39,410 nt of DNA from NCBI GenBank assembly GCA_903873565.1, contig CAIQOY010000043.1:1-39410 (forward strand), in the 5' to 3' direction. This DNA comes from an uncultured Actinomycetes bacterium (lineage in GTDB: Bacteria > Actinomycetota > Thermoleophilia > Gaiellales > F1-60-MAGs149). The first letter of the stretch is position 1. Each line of letters starts with the position of its first letter. The notes under the pieces are model-generated. The model searched no databases. It saw only the letters and a program-made list of their open reading frames with translations, and had not been told where the DNA came from. Positions 1 through 8,181 of this stretch are shown one piece after another. Both the position numbers and the translations under genes were made by a program.

Positions 1-564
1 ATCTGGCGCACGCCGCGGGTGCGCTCCTACACGTGGCTGAGCATCGCCTGGAACCTCGCCGCCGCCACGTCCGCGGCGCTGTCCGTCCCGCTCCTGCGCG
101 AGTCGCTCGGCCTGTCCTCGGTCGAGGCCGGCGTGGTGCTGGCGATCGGCAGCTTCGTGGCGATCGGCGTGCCCGCCCTGCTCGGGCGGCTCGTGCCGCG
201 GCATGGCCCCGGGCCGGTCGCCGCCGCGCTGACGGGGCTGAGCGCGGTCTCGATCGTGGCCACGGGCCTGGCGCCCGGCTTCGCGACGGTCGCGGTGGCC
301 AACGGGTTCCGCAACCTCGCGGACTTCGCCCTGCTCTCCACCATCATCGGCGAGCGCCAGCGCGGCGTGCCCGACCGGCTCCAGGCCCGCGTCGGCATCA
401 CCGGACGCATGATCGCGGTGGCCGCGATCGCCGGCGGCGGCCTGATCGGCGCGGCCCTGTCGGAGCCGCTCGGCGTGCGCGGCGTGTTCATCGTCTCGGG
501 GGTCGGCGTCGCCGTCGCCTTCGCGATCACGATCCCCGGCGTCCTGCGCGCCGGGCGCGGCTAG
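1..564 (+). CDS. MFS-type transporter, C-terminal portion (5' end outside window)
   Basis: The frame is open from nt 1. About six hydrophobic helices (GVVLAIGSFVAIGVPALLG, AVSIVATGLAPGF, GVFIVSGVGVAVAFAITIPG) resemble the C-terminal half of an MFS permease. Stop at 562-564. Confidence 0.6.
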   Translation: MWRTPRVRSYTWLSIAWNLAAATSAALSVPLLRESLGLSSVEAGVVLAIGSFVAIGVPALLGRLVPRHGPGPVAAALTGLSAVSIVATGLAPGFATVAVANGFRNLADFALLSTIIGERQRGVPDRLQARVGITGRMIAVAAIAGGGLIGAALSEPLGVRGVFIVSGVGVAVAFAITIPGVLRAGRG

Positions 565-2009
565 CCGAGCAGCTCGACGAGGGCGGCCACGAGGCCGTCG
601 AGGTCGTGGTCGGCCGCCTCGGCCGCGACGGGGATGCCGAGCTCGCGCATGGCGGCGCTCGTGGCGGGCCCGATCGCGACGCCGCGCACCCCGTCGAGGT
701 CGCGGCCCGCGAAGGCGGCCGCGAAGGCGCGCGCCGTCGAGGCCGAGGTGAAGGCCACGGCGTCGGCGCCGAGGGCGGCCTCCGAGTCGGGCACGACCGG
801 GACGGTGCGGTAGAGGACCGCGATCTCGACCTCGGCGCCCTGGGCGGCGAGCCCCTCCGGGAGCAGGTCGCGGGCCTCCTCGGCGCGGGCGATCAGGATG
901 CGCCGTCCCGCCGCCCGCTCGGCGAGCAGGTCGAGCAGCGCCTCGGCCACCGCCCGCTCCGAGACGAGGTCCGCGACGACGCCGATCTCGCGCAGGGCCG
1001 TGGCCGTGGCCGGGCCGATCGCCGCGACCTCGACGCCGTGCAGGGCGCGGGCGTCGCCGCCGATCCGCTCGAGGAGCAGGGCGGGCGCGTTGGGGCTGGT
1101 GACCACCACGACGTCGTAGGCCGCGGCGTCGATCGGGTCGCCGGGCACGGGCTCGGTGCGGATCAGGGGCGCCTGCACGACGCGGGCGCCGAGGTCGGCG
1201 AGCCGGCGGCTGAGGCCGTCGGCCTGGGCGCGGGGCCGGGTCACGGCGACCACGCGGCCGGCCAGCGGCACCCGCTCGGCCCAGCCGATCGCGTCGCGGA
1301 CGGCGACGACGTCGCCGACCACCGTCACCGCGGGCGACGACACGCCGGCGGCCGCGGCCGTGGCGGCGATCGTGGCCAGATCGCCGGTGGTCACGCGCTG
1401 GGTGGGCGAGGTGGCGCGCTCGACGATGGCGACGGGCGTGCGCGGATCGCGGCCGCCGGCCACCAGGGCGTCGGCGATGCCGGCCAGCCGGCCCACGCCC
1501 ATCAGCAGCACGAGCGTGCCGCTGGCGCGCGCGAGCGACGCCCAGTCGGTCTGCGTCTCGGGCTTCGCCGGGTCCTCGTGGCCGGTCACGATGGTCACGT
1601 GGGTGGCGAGGCCGCGGTGCGTGACGGGGACGCCCGCCGCCGAGGGCGCGGCGATCGCGCTGGAGACGCCCGGCACCACCTCGTACGGCACGCCGGCGGC
1701 GTGCAGGGCCTCCGCCTCCTCCGAGCCGCGCCCGAACACGAACGGGTCGCCGCCCTTGAGGCGCACCACGAAGCGCCCGGCCCGCCCGTGCTCCACCAGG
1801 CAGGCGTTGATCTCGTCCTGCGTCATCGCCACGCGCCCGGGCGCCTTGCCGGCGTCGATCACCAGGCAGCCCGCGGGGGCCTCGAGCGGCAGCTCGGGAC
1901 CGGCCAGCCGGTCGAGCACGAGCACCTCCGCGCGGCGCAGCAGGTCGAGGCCGCGGACGGTGATCAGGCCGGGGTCGCCCGGCCCGGAGCCGACGAGGAA
2001 GACGGTCAC
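561..2009 (-). CDS. cobA: Uroporphyrinogen-III C-methyltransferase / uroporphyrinogen-III synthase fusion (CobA/SirA-HemD)
   Basis: The N-terminal half carries SAM tetrapyrrole methylase motifs (VFLVGSGPGDPGLITVRG, GGDPFVFGRG, VVPGVSS). The C-terminal half is HemD-like. The GTG start at 2009 overlaps the hemC stop (GTGA). The upstream 194 aa of the 676-aa track ORF are Arg/Pro junk that overlaps hemC. Confidence 0.9.
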   Translation of the reverse strand: MTVFLVGSGPGDPGLITVRGLDLLRRAEVLVLDRLAGPELPLEAPAGCLVIDAGKAPGRVAMTQDEINACLVEHGRAGRFVVRLKGGDPFVFGRGSEEAEALHAAGVPYEVVPGVSSAIAAPSAAGVPVTHRGLATHVTIVTGHEDPAKPETQTDWASLARASGTLVLLMGVGRLAGIADALVAGGRDPRTPVAIVERATSPTQRVTTGDLATIAATAAAAGVSSPAVTVVGDVVAVRDAIGWAERVPLAGRVVAVTRPRAQADGLSRRLADLGARVVQAPLIRTEPVPGDPIDAAAYDVVVVTSPNAPALLLERIGGDARALHGVEVAAIGPATATALREIGVVADLVSERAVAEALLDLLAERAAGRRILIARAEEARDLLPEGLAAQGAEVEIAVLYRTVPVVPDSEAALGADAVAFTSASTARAFAAAFAGRDLDGVRGVAIGPATSAAMRELGIPVAAEAADHDLDGLVAALVELLG

Positions 2010-2902
2010 GCCCCGTCCTCCGCGAGCAGCCCGTCCGCGCCCGCCGCGCGCAGGCCCGCCACCACGTCGTCGACGAGGAGCGCGGGGTCGGGGCCCACCG
2101 CCTCGGCGCGCGCCTCCTCCGTGCCGTCGGGCGACCCGACCCAGCCCACGAGCCGCCAGCCGCCGTCGGCGGCGCAGGCGTGCGCGGCGACCGGGACGCG
2201 GCAGCCGCCGCCGAGGCGGCGCGTCACGCCGCGCTCCGCGAGCACCGCGCCGTGGGTCTCGACGTGGTCGACGGCGGCCACGGCGGCCTGCTCGCCGCTG
2301 CGGGTCTGCAGCGCGATCGCGCCCTGGCCGGCCTCGGGCAGCAGGGCGTCCGCCGCGAAGCGGAAGCCGATCGCGTCGGCCAGGCCGATCCGCTCCAGGC
2401 CGCAGGCGGCCAGCACGACGGCGTCGAGGCCGTCCGCGGCGCGCCGGTCGAGGCGCGTCTGCACGTTGCCGCGGATGGGGACGAGCTCGAGGTCGGGGCG
2501 CAGGCGCCCGAGCAGGGCGCAGCGGCGCAGGGACGACGTGCCGACGCGGGCGCCCGCGGGCACCGCGTCGAGCGAGGCGGCCGCACCGCACCAGGCGTCG
2601 CGCGGGTCGGCGCGGGGGAGGAACGCGGCGAGGGCGAGGCCGCCGGGCTGCTCGCCGGTCAGGTCCTTCGCGGAGTGGACGGCGACGTCGACCTCGCCGG
2701 CGAGGAGGGCCTCCTCGAGGGCGCTGGCGAAGGCGCCCGGGCCGAGGTCGGCGAGCGGCGCGGTGGGCGCCTCATCGCCGCGGGTCGAGATCACGACGAC
2801 CTCGCTGTCGACGCCCGCGGAGCGCAGGGCGAGGGCGGCGAGGTCGGCCTGCGCGCGGGCGAGCGGGGAGCCGCGGGTCCCGAGCCGGAGCGCCGCGCTC
2901 AC
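2006..2902 (-). CDS. hemC: Hydroxymethylbilane synthase (porphobilinogen deaminase)
   Basis: LRLGTRGSPLARAQ N-terminus, HSAKD, IRGNVQTRL, and a cofactor-Cys region GGGCRVPVAAH. The GTG start overlaps the stop of the upstream small ORF (GTGA). Confidence 0.95.
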   Translation of the reverse strand: MSAALRLGTRGSPLARAQADLAALALRSAGVDSEVVVISTRGDEAPTAPLADLGPGAFASALEEALLAGEVDVAVHSAKDLTGEQPGGLALAAFLPRADPRDAWCGAAASLDAVPAGARVGTSSLRRCALLGRLRPDLELVPIRGNVQTRLDRRAADGLDAVVLAACGLERIGLADAIGFRFAADALLPEAGQGAIALQTRSGEQAAVAAVDHVETHGAVLAERGVTRRLGGGCRVPVAAHACAADGGWRLVGWVGSPDGTEEARAEAVGPDPALLVDDVVAGLRAAGADGLLAEDGA

Positions 2903-3054
2903 GGCCGCGGCTCGCCGTCCCGCCCCTCGAGCTGGTCGAGCTGCCGCTCGAGCCGTCCGAGCTTGCGGCCGATGATGGCCACGTAGAGCAGGATCAGGAC
3001 CCAGACCGCGAGGTAGGCGGCGGCGACGTAGGGCACGGCGTCGCGGAGCGTCAC
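2899..3054 (-). CDS. ccmD: CcmD-like small membrane protein (51 aa, single TM plus charged tail)
   Basis: VTLRDAVPYVAAAYLAVWVLILLYVAIIGRKLGRLERQLDQLEGRDGEPRP. The GTG start overlaps the ccmC stop and its own stop overlaps the hemC start (GTGA on both sides). Position after ccmC and topology fit CcmD. The rest of the 254-aa track ORF is junk. Confidence 0.5.
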   Translation of the reverse strand: MTLRDAVPYVAAAYLAVWVLILLYVAIIGRKLGRLERQLDQLEGRDGEPRP

Positions 3055-3749
3055 GCGTCCTCCCCCCGGGCGGCGCGCTGGAGCTCGAGGACGCGCATCG
3101 CGGTGCGCTTGCCGCGCAGCTCGACGGCCATCAGGAGCGCCATCAGGCTGAGCATCCCGGCGAGGCCGACGAGGAAGGTGAGGAAGAAGGACGAGGGCAT
3201 GGCCGCGCCCGACGAGGTGAAGACGGTGGGGTGGATCAGGGTCTCGGCGATCCGGACCGCGAGGAACGAGAGCGGGATCAGGCCGACCCCGAGCAGGGCG
3301 TAGACCGCGGAGGCGGAGCGGCGGCGCTCGCCCTCGTCGAGGGAGAAGCGCAGCATGAAGTAGGCGCAGTAGTAGAGGAACAGGATCAGGAAGACGTTGA
3401 TCTGGCGGTCGCCCCAGTTCCACCAGACGCCCCAGGAGGCCTTCGCCCAGATCGGGCCGGTGAGCAGCACGAGGGTGCCGAAGATCGTGCCGGAGTGGAC
3501 CCCGACGTAGGAGCGCAGGTCCCACTCGGGGTCGCGGCGCCAGAGGTACATCGCGGCGCAGAAGGCCCCGTAGCCGAAGGCGGCGTAGGAGGTCAGCGCG
3601 ACGGGCACGTGCAGGTAGAAGATCTTCTGGCTGAAGCCCTGGTCGACGTCCTCGCCCGTCCACACGAAGGCGAGCACGACCGTCAGCGGGACGAGGATCA
3701 GGCTCAGGATCAGCGGGACGGTGGTGGAGGGGCGGCCGAGGGCGCGCAC
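3051..3749 (-). CDS. ccmC: Haem exporter / haem lyase-associated protein CcmC
   Basis: Six-TM protein with the Trp-rich motif WGVWWNWGDRQ and flanking conserved His residues (FYLHVPVA, ETLIHPTV). It lies 1 nt downstream of the ccmB stop and is preceded by GGGAGAC. Confidence 0.85.
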   Translation of the reverse strand: MRALGRPSTTVPLILSLILVPLTVVLAFVWTGEDVDQGFSQKIFYLHVPVALTSYAAFGYGAFCAAMYLWRRDPEWDLRSYVGVHSGTIFGTLVLLTGPIWAKASWGVWWNWGDRQINVFLILFLYYCAYFMLRFSLDEGERRRSASAVYALLGVGLIPLSFLAVRIAETLIHPTVFTSSGAAMPSSFFLTFLVGLAGMLSLMALLMAVELRGKRTAMRVLELQRAARGEDA

Positions 3750-3750
3750 G

Positions 3751-4425
3751 TCAGTCTCCCAACAGGTGCTCCGATGTCCCCCACGCGAGCGCGAGGAAGA
3801 TCAGGTCGTAGAGTGCCAGAAAGCCGAGGGGCCCGAGCGGTCCGAACCCGCCTCCCTCTTCGCCGAAGGCCCCGTAGGTGGCCGTCACGCCGGCGAGGAC
3901 CAGCGGGATCGCGAGCGGCAGGACGAGCACCGGCAGCAGCACGTCGCGGGTGCGCGCGCCGAGGGCGAGGCCCGCGGCGAGGGTGCCGACGAGCGCGATG
4001 CCGACGTTCGCGAGCAGGAGCGCCGCGATCACCGGCAGGGGCGCCGGGCCCTCCTCCTGGAAGAACAGGAGCCACCACAGCGGCACCGCGACGACCTCCA
4101 CGACCACCAGGAACCCGAACTGGGCGAGCGCCGACCCGAGCCAGATCGCCGCGCGGTCGACGGGGGCGAGGAGCAGCGCGTCGAGGGCGCCCTCCTCGGC
4201 CTCGGCCGCGAAGGCGCGCAGCAGGCCGAGCACGGCGGTGAAGACGACAGCGGCCCACAGCATCCCGGCCGCGGCGCGCGGGCCGGCGCCGTCGTCGGCG
4301 CGCAGCGCGAAGTGCACGATCACGATCGTCGCGGCGACGAAGAGCAGCATCGCGAAGACGACCTCGCGGCGACGCAGCTCGAGCACGAGCTTGACGCGGG
4401 CGATCGCGAGGGCGGCGCCGATCAC
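3751..4425 (-). CDS. ccmB: Haem exporter permease CcmB
   Basis: 224-aa polytopic membrane protein lying between the ABC ATPase and ccmC. The start overlaps the ccmA stop (GTGA). Length and hydrophobic pattern are CcmB-like. Confidence 0.8.
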   Translation of the reverse strand: MIGAALAIARVKLVLELRRREVVFAMLLFVAATIVIVHFALRADDGAGPRAAAGMLWAAVVFTAVLGLLRAFAAEAEEGALDALLLAPVDRAAIWLGSALAQFGFLVVVEVVAVPLWWLLFFQEEGPAPLPVIAALLLANVGIALVGTLAAGLALGARTRDVLLPVLVLPLAIPLVLAGVTATYGAFGEEGGGFGPLGPLGFLALYDLIFLALAWGTSEHLLGD

Positions 4426-5051
4426 GCGATCCGCCCCGTGTCGAGCCGGACGGCGCGGGCGCCGAGGCGCGCGGGCAGGTCCTGGTCGTGGCTGGCCACG
4501 AGCTGGGTGCGCCGGCCGCGGCCCTCCAGGAGCACGTGGTCGAGGAGCGTGCGGCCGTCGGCGTCGAGGCCGCTGGCGGGCTCGTCGAGCAGGAGCAGCA
4601 CCGGCTCGTGCGCGGTCGCCCGGGCCAGGGCGAGCCGCTGCAGCATCCCGCGCGAGAACCCGTCGATCCGCTCGTCGGCGCGGTCGGCGAGGCCGACCGC
4701 GGCCCGCGACCCGTCGAGGTCGAGCGCGCGGCCGTGCAGGCGCGCGTGCAGGGCCAGGTTCTCGCGCGCGGTGAGGCCGCGGTACAGCTGGCTGCGGTGG
4801 CCCGCGTAGGCCATCCCGGCCCGCAGCGCGCGGGGGGCGTCGACCGCGTCGATGCCGTCGATCCGCGCGTGCCCGGCGGTCGGGCGCAGGAGGCCGGCGG
4901 CCAGCCGCAGGAGCGTCGACTTGCCCGCCCCGTTCGGGCCCAGCAGCACCACGGTCTCGCCCGGCTCGACCGCGAGCGTGGCCTTGCGCAGGGCCAGGCG
5001 CTCACCGAAGCGCTTCGAGCACTCCTCGAGGGTCACCGCGGGCGGCTGCAC
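4422..5051 (-). CDS. ccmA: Haem exporter ABC ATPase CcmA
   Basis: Walker A GPNGAGKSTLL, signature FSRGMLQRLALA, Walker B LLLLDEP. The start is ambiguous: GTG at 5051, GTG at 5036, or ATG at 5105. ATG 5105 would overlap the divergent gene that starts at 5095. Confidence 0.85.
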   Translation of the reverse strand: MQPPAVTLEECSKRFGERLALRKATLAVEPGETVVLLGPNGAGKSTLLRLAAGLLRPTAGHARIDGIDAVDAPRALRAGMAYAGHRSQLYRGLTARENLALHARLHGRALDLDGSRAAVGLADRADERIDGFSRGMLQRLALARATAHEPVLLLLDEPASGLDADGRTLLDHVLLEGRGRRTQLVASHDQDLPARLGARAVRLDTGRIA

Positions 5052-5094
5052 ACGGGGAGGGTAGGCGACCTGAGGTTGCGTACCCTTCCGCCCG

Positions 5095-6522
5095 ATGGCG
5101 GACATCGTGCTCAGCGGCAGCGACCTCGACCTCGCGGCGCTCGTGCGCGCCGCGCGCGAGCCCGGCCGCGTCGAGCTGGCCCCGGGCGTCGTCGAGCGGA
5201 TGGCCGCCAACCGCGCCTTCGCGGAGCGGGTCGCCGAGCGCGGTGACGGCGTCTACGGCCTGACCCGGGGCGTGGGGGCGCGCAAGGAGCGCGACGTGGC
5301 CGCGGCGGAGTCCGCGGCCTTCAACCGGCGCCTCCTGCGCGAGCACGCGACCGGCCAGGGGCCGGCCCTGCCCGAGGAGGAGGTGCGCGCGGCCGCGCTG
5401 TGCCTGCTCAACCAGCTGGCCGCCGGACGCTCGAACGCCCGGCCCGAGGTCGCGCAGGCGCTCGCGGAGCGGCTCGGCACCGGCCCCCTGCCGCCGGTGC
5501 GCATGTACGGGGTGACGGGGATGGGCGACCTCGCCCCGCAGGCCGACCTCGTGATCGGCCTGATCGGCGACGTGGACCTCGCCCAGGGCGAGGCGCTGCC
5601 CCTGATCGGGCAGAGCTCGTTCGTGACGGCGCAGGCCGCGCTCGCCGTGCACGACGCCCGCGCCCTGCTCGACTGCCTGGCGGGGCTGGCGGCCCTCGAC
5701 GTCGAGGCCTACGCCGCCAACCCGTCGGCCTACGATCCGGCGGCCGGGGAGGTGCGGCCGTACCCGGGCTACCGCTGGGCGCTCGGGCGGCTGTGGGCGC
5801 TCCTCGAGGGCAGCCGCCTGCACGGCGAGGAGCCGCGCCACCTGCAGTCGCCGCTCAGCTACCGCGACGCGGCGCCCGTGCTCGGCGCGGCGCACGACGC
5901 CCTGGCCTACGCCGAGGGCCTGGTCTCGATCGAGCTCAACGCGCACCAGCAGAACCCGCTCGCCCTGCCCGAGCGCGACGTGATGCTGCCCGTCGCCAAC
6001 TTCGACCTGCAGGCGGTGGCGGCCGCGCTCGACCTCGTGCGCATCGCCCTCGCCCCGTGCCTGACCGCGCAGGTGGAGCGCTCGATCAAGCTGCTGCAGG
6101 CCTCCGAGACGGGTCTCACCACGGGGCTCGAGCCCCGCGGCGACCTCGGCGGGCACGGCTACTCCGAGATGGCGTGGCCGCTCCAGGGGATCGGGGCGGA
6201 GGCGCGCCTCCTGCATCAGCCCGTCAGCGCCGAGGTGGGCTCGGCGTCGCAGGCGGAGGGCATCGAGGACCGCATGACGATGGCGCACCTCGGGGCGCGG
6301 CGCACCCGCGAGATGGCCGCGCTGGGGTTCCGGGTCGCGGCGATCGGCGCCGTGTTCGCCTGCCAGGCGATCGACCTGCGCGGCGTCGAGCGGCTCGGGC
6401 CGCCGCTGGCCGACCGCCACGCCCGCGTGCGCGCGCTCGTGCCGGGCCTGGGCCCCGGCGACCCGCCGCCCGACGGCCTCGAGCCCCTGATCGCCGCCCT
6501 GCGCGACGGGCTGCTCGCCTAG
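5095..6522 (+). CDS. Aromatic amino acid ammonia-lyase (HAL/PAL) family protein lacking the canonical MIO triad
   Basis: The fold-level motifs are conserved: NRRLLREHATGQG (compare N..L..SH..G.G) and GDLAPQADL (compare GDLAPLAH). At the position of the Ala-Ser-Gly MIO precursor the sequence reads YGVTGMGDLAP (Gly-Met-Gly). The YG.NTGFG motif reads YGLTRGVG. Confidence 0.8.
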   Translation: MADIVLSGSDLDLAALVRAAREPGRVELAPGVVERMAANRAFAERVAERGDGVYGLTRGVGARKERDVAAAESAAFNRRLLREHATGQGPALPEEEVRAAALCLLNQLAAGRSNARPEVAQALAERLGTGPLPPVRMYGVTGMGDLAPQADLVIGLIGDVDLAQGEALPLIGQSSFVTAQAALAVHDARALLDCLAGLAALDVEAYAANPSAYDPAAGEVRPYPGYRWALGRLWALLEGSRLHGEEPRHLQSPLSYRDAAPVLGAAHDALAYAEGLVSIELNAHQQNPLALPERDVMLPVANFDLQAVAAALDLVRIALAPCLTAQVERSIKLLQASETGLTTGLEPRGDLGGHGYSEMAWPLQGIGAEARLLHQPVSAEVGSASQAEGIEDRMTMAHLGARRTREMAALGFRVAAIGAVFACQAIDLRGVERLGPPLADRHARVRALVPGLGPGDPPPDGLEPLIAALRDGLLA

Positions 6523-7334
6523 GCGCGCAGCGCGAGGATCTCCGCGACCCCCGCGGAGGCCCGCTCGGCGGCCGGCACGGGCGCCTCGCCCGCGTCGAGG
6601 GCGGCCGCGAACAGCGCCGTGAACATGTCGCCCGCGCCGACGGTGTCGGCGAGGCGCGGGATGCGGCGGGCGGGCACCCGCACGGGCTCCGCGTCGCCCG
6701 CCTGCCACACGTCGGCGCCGCGCTCGCCGTGCGTGACGACCACGATCGGGACCCCGGCCCGGCCCAGCGCCGTAGCGTCGAGCCCCCCGAGCAGGGCCTC
6801 GGCCTCGGCGTCGGAGAACTTGACGACGTCGACGCCGTCGAGCCACGCGGGGTCGAGCGGGCCCGCGGGGACGACCGGGCCGAGGCCCGGGCGGGCGAGG
6901 CCCTGCGCGTCGAACACGATCCGCCGGCCCGCGCGCCGCAGGGCGCGCAGGGTATCCGGGCCGACGTCGTCGCGCCACTGCGTGCCGATCACCACCGTCG
7001 ACGCGCCCTCCAGCGCGGAGGCGGCCCAGCCCGTCAGGTCGGCGGGCGCGAACGGCGTGCCGAGCGCGGCGATCTCGTGGTCACGGTGGCCGTCGGGGCG
7101 CAGCGCGAGGCGGCTGACGAACGTCGCGCCGGGGGGGCCGGCGAGCACGGGCAGCCCGGCGGCGGCGACGTCGCCGTGGAGGTCGTCCGCGCCGCGGGTC
7201 ACGACGATGCCCGGGATGCCGGCGGCGCCAAGCGCGCGCGCCGCGAACACGGGCGCGCCGCCGCAGCGCACCTCCTCGCTGCCGTCGGCGTGCACGATCT
7301 CGTCGCGCACCGTCTGCCCGAGGAGCGCGATCAC
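6519..7334 (-). CDS. PfkB-family carbohydrate/nucleoside kinase
   Basis: GGAPVFAARALGAAG N-terminal motif and C-terminal PfkB signature DTVGAGDMFTALF. The start overlaps the stop of the upstream membrane-protein gene (GTGA). Confidence 0.85.
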   Translation of the reverse strand: MIALLGQTVRDEIVHADGSEEVRCGGAPVFAARALGAAGIPGIVVTRGADDLHGDVAAAGLPVLAGPPGATFVSRLALRPDGHRDHEIAALGTPFAPADLTGWAASALEGASTVVIGTQWRDDVGPDTLRALRRAGRRIVFDAQGLARPGLGPVVPAGPLDPAWLDGVDVVKFSDAEAEALLGGLDATALGRAGVPIVVVTHGERGADVWQAGDAEPVRVPARRIPRLADTVGAGDMFTALFAAALDAGEAPVPAAERASAGVAEILALRA

Positions 7335-7765
7335 GGCTTCAGGGCCTGCCAGCCGAGGTACCCGTAGGCGGCGAGCGCGACGGCCCAGCCGGCCACGGCC
7401 AGGAGGTCAGGCGCCGTGCCGGCGCAGCCGTAGCCGTCGCCCGCCGCGCAGAGGCCGTGGGCCAGCACGCCGAAGCCGCCGGCGAGCCCGGCGACGGCGA
7501 AGACGCCGAGCGCCAGCCAGGTCGGGGCGTGGTCGCGCGCGCCGCCCCTGACCGCGAGCGCGCCGGCGGAGACGATCAGGGCGCCGAGCAGCCCGAAGGC
7601 CGCGACGGACCACTGGCCGAGCGCCGTCTGCACGGCCAGGAGCAGGATCCCGGCGGGCAGGGCGACCCGCGCCAGCCGGGTGCCGCTGCCGCGGACCAGG
7701 AGCACGATCACGGCGATCACGACTCCCGCGAGGACGGCGGAGGCGATGGTGAACGCGAACTCCAC
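7331..7765 (-). CDS. Hypothetical integral membrane protein (about 4 TM, 144 aa)
   Basis: GTG at 7765 gives VEFAFTIASAVLAGVVIAVIVLL..., which is hydrophobic throughout. It is coupled to the kinase gene. The upstream part of the 212-aa track ORF runs into the tatA promoter region and looks non-coding. Confidence 0.55.
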   Translation of the reverse strand: MEFAFTIASAVLAGVVIAVIVLLVRGSGTRLARVALPAGILLLAVQTALGQWSVAAFGLLGALIVSAGALAVRGGARDHAPTWLALGVFAVAGLAGGFGVLAHGLCAAGDGYGCAGTAPDLLAVAGWAVALAAYGYLGWQALKP

Positions 7766-7847
7766 GGCGGCGTGAGCGTAGCCGCACCGCTCGGCCCCCG
7801 CGTTCCCGTTCGGTGGTAGCCTTCGCCGAGCAAGGAGGTCAATCCTT

Positions 7848-8156
7848 ATGCCTTTCGACTTCTCTCTCTGGCAGATCGGGATCGTGCTGGTCATCGGTCT
7901 GCTCGTGTTCGGCCCCAAGAAGCTCCCCGAGCTCGGTCGCGGCCTCGGCTCCGGCATGCGCGACTTCAAGCGCGGCCTGTCCGGCGAGCCCGACGAGGCG
8001 CCGGCGCAGCCCGTCGTGGTGCAGTCGACGACGCCGGTCGTCGAGACGGCCGCCGCCGCCCCGGCCGCCGAGCCCGTCGCCGCTGCGGCCCCCGCCGCGG
8101 AGCCGGCTGCGGCCGCCGCGGAGGCGCCGACGGCCGAGCCGAAGCCCGCGGAGTAG
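7848..8156 (+). CDS. tatA: Twin-arginine translocase subunit TatA/E
   Basis: MPFDFSLWQIGIVLVIGLLVFGPKKLPELGRGLGSGMRDFKRG is the canonical TatA TM plus amphipathic helix. There is a strong RBS (AAGGAGG) 7 nt upstream and an Ala/Pro/Glu-rich tail. Confidence 0.95.
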   Translation: MPFDFSLWQIGIVLVIGLLVFGPKKLPELGRGLGSGMRDFKRGLSGEPDEAPAQPVVVQSTTPVVETAAAAPAAEPVAAAAPAAEPAAAAAEAPTAEPKPAE

Positions 8157-8181
8157 GGCGCACGGCGAGGAGGCTGCGCTG

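Noticed and set aside
33-2975. A 980-aa ORF on the plus strand, and many similar very long ORFs (for example 1156-3303, 5002-6978, 13202-15769, 15387-17294, 21591-23828, 21745-23739, 25853-27943, 28234-30015, 30019-31482).
   Set aside because: Their translations are monotonous Arg/Pro/Gly/Ala/Asp strings with no motifs. They lie antisense to, or out of frame with, genes that have clear family signatures. Such open frames are expected in roughly 70% GC DNA.
5052-5105. ATG 5105 as the ccmA start.
   Set aside because: It would overlap the divergently transcribed HAL-like gene start (5095) and add a non-conserved 23-aa extension. GTG 5051 or 5036 fits the usual distance to the Walker A motif. 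This remains uncertain.
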